A stretch of DNA of 64,000 nt from Flavobacteriales bacterium. Its GTDB lineage: Bacteria; Bacteroidota; Bacteroidia; Flavobacteriales_D; JAHECK01. The DNA is taken from the NCBI GenBank assembly GCA_024641785.1, contig JAHECK010000001.1, positions 82 to 64,081 of the forward strand, in the 5' to 3' direction. The notes under the pieces were generated by a model. That model did no database searches. It saw only the letters and a list, made by a program, of their open reading frames with translations, and had not been told where the DNA came from. Every line of letters starts with the position of its first letter. Positions within the stretch are counted from its first letter, which is position 1. Positions 57,254-64,000 of the stretch are shown here, piece after piece. Position numbers and translations under genes: made by a program.

Positions 57254-57901
57254 TTATAATTTTTTCAAAATTAATTTTAATAACTGAGCATCTATTTTAT
57301 GTTCCCCTTCAAATCTTTGAAAGTCGACCGATAGTTTGTAATGATCAATCCAGGCTAAAAAATGTTCACGAATCTCATCATTAAAATATGGATCTTTATC
57401 ACCAATAATGACCTGCATTCTAAGTTTATCAAATGTTTTTGATACTTCTTCTACAACTAAGTCATTTGGAATAGAACCTGCCCAATTTATAAATCCGTCA
57501 ATTTTAATATTATTTCTTATGATCCATCGCATTGCAGCAGCTACTCCTTGGGAAAAACCCAAAATACAAAGTTTTGCATTTGTGTGATCGATCAAATTTA
57601 TTCCTTTTAATAACGAATTAAGATAAGCCGATTGATTTACTATATCCACTTCTCTATCTTCTTTTGTCATCCAGGATGCTCCCACTCTCCCCTCCATTCC
57701 ATTGATATAAAAACGATGCAGACCTTCAGGTATAACAACAAAATATTCATCTCCTAATCTTTCGAAATGCTTTCCGAAATAACTGGCTAGCTGGCCATAT
57801 CCATGAAAAGCGAAGAGGATAATCTTTGTATTTTGATTGAGTTCGCCAATAGAATAATAGCGCGTTTTCAGTTCTACATTAAGGTATTTAGCTTTTGTCA
57901 T
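57254..57901 (-). CDS. alpha/beta-fold esterase (phospholipase/carboxylesterase type)
   Basis: Nucleophile elbow GFSQG, 215 aa. Confidence 0.7.
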   Translation of the reverse strand: MTKAKYLNVELKTRYYSIGELNQNTKIILFAFHGYGQLASYFGKHFERLGDEYFVVIPEGLHRFYINGMEGRVGASWMTKEDREVDIVNQSAYLNSLLKGINLIDHTNAKLCILGFSQGVAAAMRWIIRNNIKIDGFINWAGSIPNDLVVEEVSKTFDKLRMQVIIGDKDPYFNDEIREHFLAWIDHYKLSVDFQRFEGEHKIDAQLLKLILKKL

Positions 57902-57925
57902 TAATTCAAAAGTAAACTTTGATAA

Positions 57926-59773
57926 TTAATTTAATGAAGGCTCAAATAGTTTATTTAACCACGAACTTCTAACATCCGATTGTTTTTCAGTTGGATCAAA
58001 CTCCCAACTCAAATACATTTCATTTTCAACCTCAATTTTCTGAATTTTTCCCTTCAAAACTTTTATCTTTTCTTTTCCTCTTTTATTTTCCCTTTTTACC
58101 TCTACAATTAATTCATCTCCGCTATTCAAACTGTAAAAATGGTCTAATACTTCAATATAATTATCGATGGTAATTTCCCGACCCATTAATTTATACAGAA
58201 TATCTCCTTCTTTATAGGCCATTTCTTCTCCAAAATCATTTCTTAAATTCAAATTACTTATCACAATTACATTTTTTTCTGCGTCGAAACTCAATGAAAT
58301 ACTTCCCAGTGTATTAATAAAAACAATTTCTTCCGGATGGTAAATAACACCGGCAAAAGCCAGATATTCTGTTAAGGGAAGAGGCTCGCTTCCTTCAACA
58401 TATCGATTAAAAAATTCTCGTGTTTCTGAAAAGCTAAGATCTGCGATCACATCAAAAAACTCATCGTCTTTAAAAGTATTTTGAATCCCATAAATCTCTT
58501 TTAATTCATTCATCAATTGTCGAATATCGTATTCCCCATCTGATAGCTCAAGGAGTAATAGATCGAAGCACATTCCTATTAGCGCTCCTTTCTCATAAAC
58601 GTTTCCATATTGATCCTCATAGCGATCCAATGCTCCCTTACTCATTACGGTAAATGGAAGGGTGTCATTATAGCGAGAAGCTCCATTTATTTTTTTTACT
58701 ATTTCATCCAAAAATTTATCAGGACTTATTAGATCATACATCACTTGCATTCTCATTGAAGCATACTCGGTTACGCCTTCATAAAGCCATAAATGCTTTG
58801 ACATTTTAGGCTCAATAAAATTGTAATCACCTATTTCCTCCGAATGAATGGCAAGTGGGGTAATTATATGAAAAAATTCATGTGAAGTAACTTCTACAAT
58901 CGACTGCGAAATTCGCTCAAATTGATAATCCGGATAAGAAAAAACAGTCGAATAAGAATGTTCAAGCGCCCCATAATTCTCTGAATTAGTTCTATTACTA
59001 TGCATATAAATAAGAATAGCATAATCATCAACAGGCAGATCACCACCTAAATATTCACCCTGTGCCCTCAAAGTAGGCTCTATTTTGCTCATCATTAATT
59101 CCGCGTTTGAATTCCCTGATGGACTATAAATACTTACCATCACCTTTGTATCTCCTATTAACACAGAAGCGGTGTCAGGAATGCAATACATTATCGGAGA
59201 GTCGCATAATTGAAGATAATTATCTGCATTAAAAGTCTCTTCTGTTTCAGAGAAAGCTTTACGTTTCATAGGGCTCGTTCCATACATCTCTTTAGGATGA
59301 GTCACATGGATAGAATAGGGATGTTTTTCTTCACCTTCAATAAATCCAACAATCCCGAAACTATTGATCAAGAAATTATTCTCTTCAAAATTCGTACCTC
59401 CCGGTTCAAAAATGTTTTTGAATCGAGGATCATCAAATGTATCATCAACCCAATAGATTAATTTATCGAGTTGCTTTGCATCAAATAACTCCCAACGATT
59501 ACTATCCAAACGAATAAGCTTTAATTTATCCCCTTCTATATCTAGGGCAATCAAAGTATCAATCGTTCTTCCATAATCCGAAATACTATACATTCCCGGT
59601 ACCATTGCCGGCATTTGATATTGAACAACAGAATCAAATTCAAAATTACTGAAGCTTAGCTCTACAGGAACCTTGTCATTCTTATATTTAGAAAGATCAA
59701 TACTGACATTATATTCCTGAGCAAATAATAAAAACGAAAAGGAAGTGAAAAGCGTTAAAAAAAATATTTTCAT
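57926..59773 (-). CDS. M61-like metallopeptidase with C-terminal PDZ domain
   Basis: Signal peptide. HEFFH zinc motif with downstream LWLYEGVTEY. PDZ-like segment (GDILYKLMGREI) near the C-terminus. Confidence 0.75.
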   Translation of the reverse strand: MKIFFLTLFTSFSFLLFAQEYNVSIDLSKYKNDKVPVELSFSNFEFDSVVQYQMPAMVPGMYSISDYGRTIDTLIALDIEGDKLKLIRLDSNRWELFDAKQLDKLIYWVDDTFDDPRFKNIFEPGGTNFEENNFLINSFGIVGFIEGEEKHPYSIHVTHPKEMYGTSPMKRKAFSETEETFNADNYLQLCDSPIMYCIPDTASVLIGDTKVMVSIYSPSGNSNAELMMSKIEPTLRAQGEYLGGDLPVDDYAILIYMHSNRTNSENYGALEHSYSTVFSYPDYQFERISQSIVEVTSHEFFHIITPLAIHSEEIGDYNFIEPKMSKHLWLYEGVTEYASMRMQVMYDLISPDKFLDEIVKKINGASRYNDTLPFTVMSKGALDRYEDQYGNVYEKGALIGMCFDLLLLELSDGEYDIRQLMNELKEIYGIQNTFKDDEFFDVIADLSFSETREFFNRYVEGSEPLPLTEYLAFAGVIYHPEEIVFINTLGSISLSFDAEKNVIVISNLNLRNDFGEEMAYKEGDILYKLMGREITIDNYIEVLDHFYSLNSGDELIVEVKRENKRGKEKIKVLKGKIQKIEVENEMYLSWEFDPTEKQSDVRSSWLNKLFEPSLN

Positions 59774-59907
59774 TTATAAACTTTTAATGAAGCTAAGTCT
59801 TGTTTTTAATTTTCTCACCTACTATTACATGAATGGTTTTAATAGATCGAAATCACAAACAAAATTCGCAAAATACATAAGCTATTTATACATTTAGGAA
59901 AAAAAAT

Positions 59908-60429
59908 ATGGACAGCATCTTAAGTACTTTAAAAGAAAACGAATACGCCCCTTATTATGCTAATTACTTAGCAAAAGTCGGTCAGTCTGATATCGTTAAT
60001 ACAATGATCAATGACCTGGAAGATCAAATAAAAATACTTGAGGCCATTCCGGAAGAAAAATTTTCATTTCGATATAAAGAAGGAAAATGGTCGATCGCTG
60101 AATTGCTTCAACACATTTGTGATAGTGAGACTGTTTTTGCTTACCGTGCATTATCTTTTTCAAGAAATGATAAAACAAACCTTCCCGGATTTGATGAGAA
60201 TGATTGGGCGAAGAATGCTCCATCGGATCAATTATCAAAGAAAAATCTCATTGGACTTTTTAAAACGACAAGAAATCACACTATTGCACTTTTTAAAACC
60301 TTTACAAAAGACCAGCTCATGATAGTTGGAACAGCGAATAAGGTTAATATGTCGGTAAGAGCTAGCGGATATACGATAATTGGTCATAATCGGCACCATT
60401 TTGAAATTATAAATAATATTTATTTATAG
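59908..60429 (+). CDS. DinB-family protein
   Basis: 173-aa four-helix-bundle-type sequence with the spaced His residues (LLQHICDSE ... GHNRHH) typical of the DinB/YfiT family. Confidence 0.65.
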   Translation: MDSILSTLKENEYAPYYANYLAKVGQSDIVNTMINDLEDQIKILEAIPEEKFSFRYKEGKWSIAELLQHICDSETVFAYRALSFSRNDKTNLPGFDENDWAKNAPSDQLSKKNLIGLFKTTRNHTIALFKTFTKDQLMIVGTANKVNMSVRASGYTIIGHNRHHFEIINNIYL

Positions 60430-60521
60430 CAAGTAGTAAACACTAAGGACATTGCTTACTTTTATACTTTAAACGCCAAAGGATTTTCTTTTAGAAGAAT
60501 ATCCTTCTTAATCTATCTATA

Positions 60522-62246
60522 ATGAAAAAGGACATCATTAGTCAATTATCAGAGATCGCAAACAATGAAGATGTATTTCAAGCAAAACGTGAATTAAAAC
60601 ATCTTTTTGACGAGTTTGGAAAAGAAAAGGAAAAAGCGATCGAAGTGGAAAGAGCTGAGTTTGAAAAAACACTTTCAGCGCTTTCGGATGAAGAAAAGTC
60701 AGAAAAGCATTTCACTCCTACTGAAGATCCTTTAGATGAAGAATTCGAAACTGCTTACCGCGAAGTTAGAATTGCCTTAAGTGAAAAAGAAGAAGCGAAA
60801 AAAGAAGCTTTAAAATCAATCTATAAAAAGAAATCAGATATCATAGATCAGATCGAAAAACTGATTCATGAAGAAAACATAGCAAAAGCATTTAGTTCTT
60901 TTAATGAACTAAAAGACGAATGGAAAAACGCAGGTCATGCCTCAGGTGCACAAGAAAAAGAATTGCATGACAAACACAATTCCGTTGTAAAAGAGTTCTA
61001 TTATAATATGAATATTTATAAGGAACTCAAGGCTTATGACTTTGAGAAAAATTTTAAAATAAGATTAAAACTTGTTGAAAATGCAAAAGCATTATTGGCT
61101 ATAAAATCAATCAAAGAAAAGCAAGAAAAGTATCATAAAATTAGAGAAAAATGGTATGATGCTGGTCCTGTTTCCAGAGAACAATATCAAGATCTGCATG
61201 ATTCATGGAAGGAGATCGATGATAAAATTCATGGTGAGTTAGATGAATATTATGAAAAGCTCCATGAAGAGCAAGAAGAAAATCTTAAAATAAAAAAGGA
61301 TTTAGTAGAAAAAGCGAAGAATGTAAGTACAGAAGGTCTTAACACCCATGCAAAATGGCAAAAGAAAACGAAAGAAATCATTAACCTTCAGGAAGAATGG
61401 AAAAAGATCGGTTTTGCAAGAAGAAAAGAAAATGAAAGAGTTTGGAAAGAATTCAGAAGCGCATGCGATGAATTTTTTAGTGTAAAACAGGTTTTTTATA
61501 ATGAATTGAAAGAGGATCAAAATAAAAATAAAGAAGCTAAATTAAAATTAATTGAGAACGCTTTAGTACTAAAAGAAAGTGAGAATTGGAATGATGCTAC
61601 ACAAGCATTAATTAAACTTCAGAAAGACTGGAAATCGATTCCTCCTGCACATCATAAAGATGAAAAAGTATTATGGAATAAGTTTAGAGAAGCCTGCAAT
61701 CATTTCTTTGATAATAAAAAAGAACATTTTTCACATCTGGACAAAGGCTTCGAAGAAAATTTAAAATTAAAATTAGCCCTCATTGAAGAATTAGATAAAA
61801 TTGAAATTCTTGGGGATAAGAAAAAAGACCTAAGCAATTTAAAATCGATCTCGGAACGTTGGAATGAAATTGGTCATGTTCCGTTTAAGGAAAAAGATAA
61901 GATCATAAAAAAATATCAAACCTCTCTTGATAAGCATTATAAAAAGATCAAATTGGATGAAGATGAAAAGATAGAGATTCTTTTCCAAAATAAAATTGAT
62001 CAGTTTAGCGGATCGAATGACCCTGAAAATGCACTTTACAACGAAAAACTTTTCTTAAAAGATAAGTTGAACAAGTTAAATATGGACCTCATCCAATATC
62101 AAAATAATATGGGCTTTATCAACAGTGATAATGAAACTATATTAAGCGGACTCAGAAAAAATGTTGAGAAAGCACAAAGTGAAATTAATCAGTTGAGGAA
62201 AAAAATATCCATGATCACTAAAACAATGAAAGAAATAAGTAAATAA
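60522..62246 (+). CDS. DUF349 repeat protein
   Basis: Five helical repeats of the type EWKxxGxxxxxxxxxLWxxFxxxxDxFF (e.g. EWKKIGFARRKENERVWKEFRSACDEFF, DWKSIPPAHHKDEKVLWNKFREACNHFF). Confidence 0.8.
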   Translation: MKKDIISQLSEIANNEDVFQAKRELKHLFDEFGKEKEKAIEVERAEFEKTLSALSDEEKSEKHFTPTEDPLDEEFETAYREVRIALSEKEEAKKEALKSIYKKKSDIIDQIEKLIHEENIAKAFSSFNELKDEWKNAGHASGAQEKELHDKHNSVVKEFYYNMNIYKELKAYDFEKNFKIRLKLVENAKALLAIKSIKEKQEKYHKIREKWYDAGPVSREQYQDLHDSWKEIDDKIHGELDEYYEKLHEEQEENLKIKKDLVEKAKNVSTEGLNTHAKWQKKTKEIINLQEEWKKIGFARRKENERVWKEFRSACDEFFSVKQVFYNELKEDQNKNKEAKLKLIENALVLKESENWNDATQALIKLQKDWKSIPPAHHKDEKVLWNKFREACNHFFDNKKEHFSHLDKGFEENLKLKLALIEELDKIEILGDKKKDLSNLKSISERWNEIGHVPFKEKDKIIKKYQTSLDKHYKKIKLDEDEKIEILFQNKIDQFSGSNDPENALYNEKLFLKDKLNKLNMDLIQYQNNMGFINSDNETILSGLRKNVEKAQSEINQLRKKISMITKTMKEISK

Positions 62247-62350
62247 GGAATTAACCTGCATGTTTACTTTTACTAAAATATTAACCTAGCTTTTATCAAT
62301 GCCTTCATTTTTTACAATTTCAAAAAAAATAAGCTTGACATTATCAGAAT

Positions 62351-62375
62351 AAAAAAAGGACCTCAAGGGTCCTTT
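62351..62375 (-). terminator. Rho-independent terminator
   Basis: Minus strand reads AAAGGACC-cttga-GGTCCTTT followed by a further T-run (T7 including the stem end). Begins 24 nt after the stop at 62399. Confidence 0.7.
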
Positions 62376-62398
62376 ATAAATATTTTAAGATTTAAAAA

Positions 62399-63193
62399 TT
62401 ACCGATTTACTTCGGCATAGGTATTATCATAATTGATATAATATTTGCCTTTCTGAAGTCCTTCCATTTCCACTTTATTATTATATCCTCTCATAATGAT
62501 CTGTCCGTATTGATCATAAACCTCAAAGCTAGTTTGTGAATTAAACACTACTTCCTTCATTTTTTTATCAAACTCATATGTTACCTGCGGAGCATCGGAT
62601 TGTATGCTTACTTCCGGTGAAATTTTTATTCTCCCGTCGCCACTTTTTTGAATTACTCTATAGCGATTAGTTCCGGAAACTGGAATCGTTTGAAATGAAT
62701 AAGTATGTTTACCCGGATTTCCAATCCCCTGAACTTCACCTACAGTAACCCATTTATTCCATTTAAACTGCTGCACTCTGAAAGGCAATACCCCAGTTTC
62801 ATTGCTAGTGGACCAAGACAGCACATACTCATCATTAACTGTTATGTCCTCCGTTTTGAAAGTAGCCATAGGTTGCAATGCAAGCGGATTGATAATATCC
62901 GGTTTACATCCGTCTTTATGATGGATCTCAACTGTAACCGGGTCACCAATAGTTAAATTAAACAACGAAAGATCGATCTCAAAAGCATTTTGATTGATCT
63001 CATCCGTACTCACTTCGCCATTAACGAAGACATTAGTAACGCAAAAACCAACTCCATCTTTTCCTATAAAATTATTTACGAAAATGTTTCTAAGTTGGTA
63101 ATTACCTTCGAGAATTATTACTTCTTCGGCCTGAATAAAAGTTGGCAGAAGGAATAAAATAGCTAATAACCCTTTTCTAAGGTTTAAATTCAT
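62399..63193 (-). CDS. secreted hypothetical protein
   Basis: Signal peptide LLAILFLLPTFIQAEE and beta-rich sequence. The C-terminal ~60 aa (FEVYDQYGQIIM ... LQKGKYYINYDN) loosely resemble a T9SS-type beta-sandwich tail but lack the PNP motif. Confidence 0.5.
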   Translation of the reverse strand: MNLNLRKGLLAILFLLPTFIQAEEVIILEGNYQLRNIFVNNFIGKDGVGFCVTNVFVNGEVSTDEINQNAFEIDLSLFNLTIGDPVTVEIHHKDGCKPDIINPLALQPMATFKTEDITVNDEYVLSWSTSNETGVLPFRVQQFKWNKWVTVGEVQGIGNPGKHTYSFQTIPVSGTNRYRVIQKSGDGRIKISPEVSIQSDAPQVTYEFDKKMKEVVFNSQTSFEVYDQYGQIIMRGYNNKVEMEGLQKGKYYINYDNTYAEVNR

Positions 63194-63215
63194 AGTCTTT
63201 CAGATTAACCTATAA

Positions 63216-63223
63216 CAAATATA
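63216..63223 (-). promoter_or_regulatory. Bacteroidota -7 promoter box TATATTTG (minus strand)
   Basis: Plus strand reads CAAATATA. There are 22 nt between the box and the start codon at 63193. Confidence 0.45.
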
Positions 63224-63254
63224 ATTTTTTTACCTCGTCAATACCAAACCTATT

Positions 63255-63851
63255 TTAACTAATAAATGGCTTAATATCAAAGCTCTTTTCAACAGCCTTA
63301 ATTATTTCCGGGAAAAAGGAATTAAAATCTTCCTCCAATTCAAAATAATTCGATCGTAAAACGCTTTCGGCGATATGCCAATTATTTTCAAATCGAACTC
63401 TTTTTCCCATTCGTTCCAACACCTTAGCAGTACCCTCAATGGTAGTATAAGAATGTATCCACGACTCGCTTTCCATTTTCTCGATCATCATGGGATAAAA
63501 GCCCATCATTTCACTTTTTAAGGGTCTTAGTCGATCAAAAGTCATTTCAGCAAAATCATTTAGTCCTATACTGCTATATTTCAACCAATTAGTGCTTAAA
63601 AAATGATCGAAATAAACATCTAAAACAACCGCAGAGGTAATACCAAAATCATTTCTTATACGCTTACGAGATTTTTGTGCAAAAGGATGCTTATCTATAA
63701 AATCATCAATAAATCGATGTAATAAAATCCCTTTTTGGACATCTCCGATATAATCTTCCCATTTTCTTCCTTTGATTGCATCACCAATAAAATTACCAAG
63801 AAGTATTTTTTCATTGTTACCACTCAAATAAAAATGCGCTAAATAATTCAT
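63255..63851 (-). CDS. acpH: acyl carrier protein phosphodiesterase
   Basis: N-terminus MNYLAHFYLS...LLGNFIGDAIKG parallels E. coli AcpH (MNFLAHLHLA...LLADFVRG). Length (198 aa) fits. Confidence 0.75.
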   Translation of the reverse strand: MNYLAHFYLSGNNEKILLGNFIGDAIKGRKWEDYIGDVQKGILLHRFIDDFIDKHPFAQKSRKRIRNDFGITSAVVLDVYFDHFLSTNWLKYSSIGLNDFAEMTFDRLRPLKSEMMGFYPMMIEKMESESWIHSYTTIEGTAKVLERMGKRVRFENNWHIAESVLRSNYFELEEDFNSFFPEIIKAVEKSFDIKPFIS

Positions 63852-63913
63852 TCCGATAATCTATTAACTTTACCTTTCATGTAGTTTTACTCTTTTCCGG
63901 CTACTAATGCTCG

Positions 63914-63921
63914 TACATTTG
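63914..63921 (+). promoter_or_regulatory. Bacteroidota -7 promoter box TACATTTG
   Basis: Exact TAnnTTTG, 18 nt upstream of a TTG-initiated open frame that runs off the window. Confidence 0.35.
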
Positions 63922-63939
63922 GAATCTAAAAATACAAAT

Positions 63940-64000
63940 TTGAAAAAACGCGAAGCAATTTACTGGAGTGCTCAAATTTTTGGTTGGAGCACTTATGTGT
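63940..64000 (+). CDS. 5' end of a truncated ORF (possibly a membrane sensor kinase)
   Basis: The frame from TTG at 63940 reads LKKREAIYWSAQIFGWSTYV and remains open to the window edge. N-termini of the YW..Q..GW type are common in Bacteroidota LytS-type kinases. Only 20 codons are visible. Confidence 0.25.
   Translation, partial: MKKREAIYWSAQIFGWSTYV

Noticed and set aside
1-64000. Scan for CRISPR arrays, tRNA/rRNA genes, transposases, integrases, phage genes, toxin-antitoxin pairs or known defence genes.
   Set aside because: I found no regularly spaced direct repeats, no tRNA T-loop signatures (GGTTCGAATCC-like) in intergenic DNA, and no ORF with DDE, tyrosine-recombinase, reverse-transcriptase or nuclease-NTPase defence motifs. 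The window looks like core genome. A tRNAscan/Infernal run would be needed to exclude small RNAs formally.

Overview
AT-rich (by eye about one-third G+C, not computed), gene-dense segment with about 50 CDS on both strands. It reads as core chromosome of a Bacteroidota (Flavobacteriia-like) bacterium. Supporting signs: five proteins end in type-A T9SS C-terminal sorting domains; many genes are preceded by the Bacteroidota sigma-A -7 box TAnnTTTG; Rho carries a ~200-aa low-complexity N-terminal insertion; DUF4293, DUF4199-like, DUF349, WG-repeat and LytS/LytTR families are present. Recognisable housekeeping genes: rho, truA, mpl, a mutS2-like ATPase, mlaE/mlaF, acpH, a DcyD/ACC-deaminase-family enzyme, a Cys/Met PLP enzyme, a class-I aminotransferase, a mannose-1-P guanylyltransferase, an ABC exporter, two two-component systems and several peptidases (M1, M61, M43). 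I found no rRNA, tRNA, CRISPR array, transposase, integrase, prophage or recognisable defence island. This is therefore mostly an ordinary region, and I cannot point to a clear-cut new multi-gene system. Most worth a second look: (1) a translationally coupled lipoprotein pair, made of a cytochrome-c domain fused to a PHM/DBH-like copper monooxygenase with all six Cu ligands conserved, plus a CxxS redoxin; (2) three paralogous T9SS cargo proteins of unknown function, two of them divergently transcribed from a 453-bp repeat-bearing spacer; (3) a candidate LytTR operator (two AAACGTTT cores 20 bp apart) between the LytTR regulator gene and the next promoter; (4) a MutS2-like protein that stops after its KOW-like domain and has no Smr nuclease domain; (5) two long GC-rich or perfect inverted repeats in intergenic DNA (about 43016..43107 and 29648..29723) that could be unusual terminators or small structured RNAs. 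All coordinates were derived by hand from the printed sequence. All family assignments rest on motifs I recognise, not on searches.
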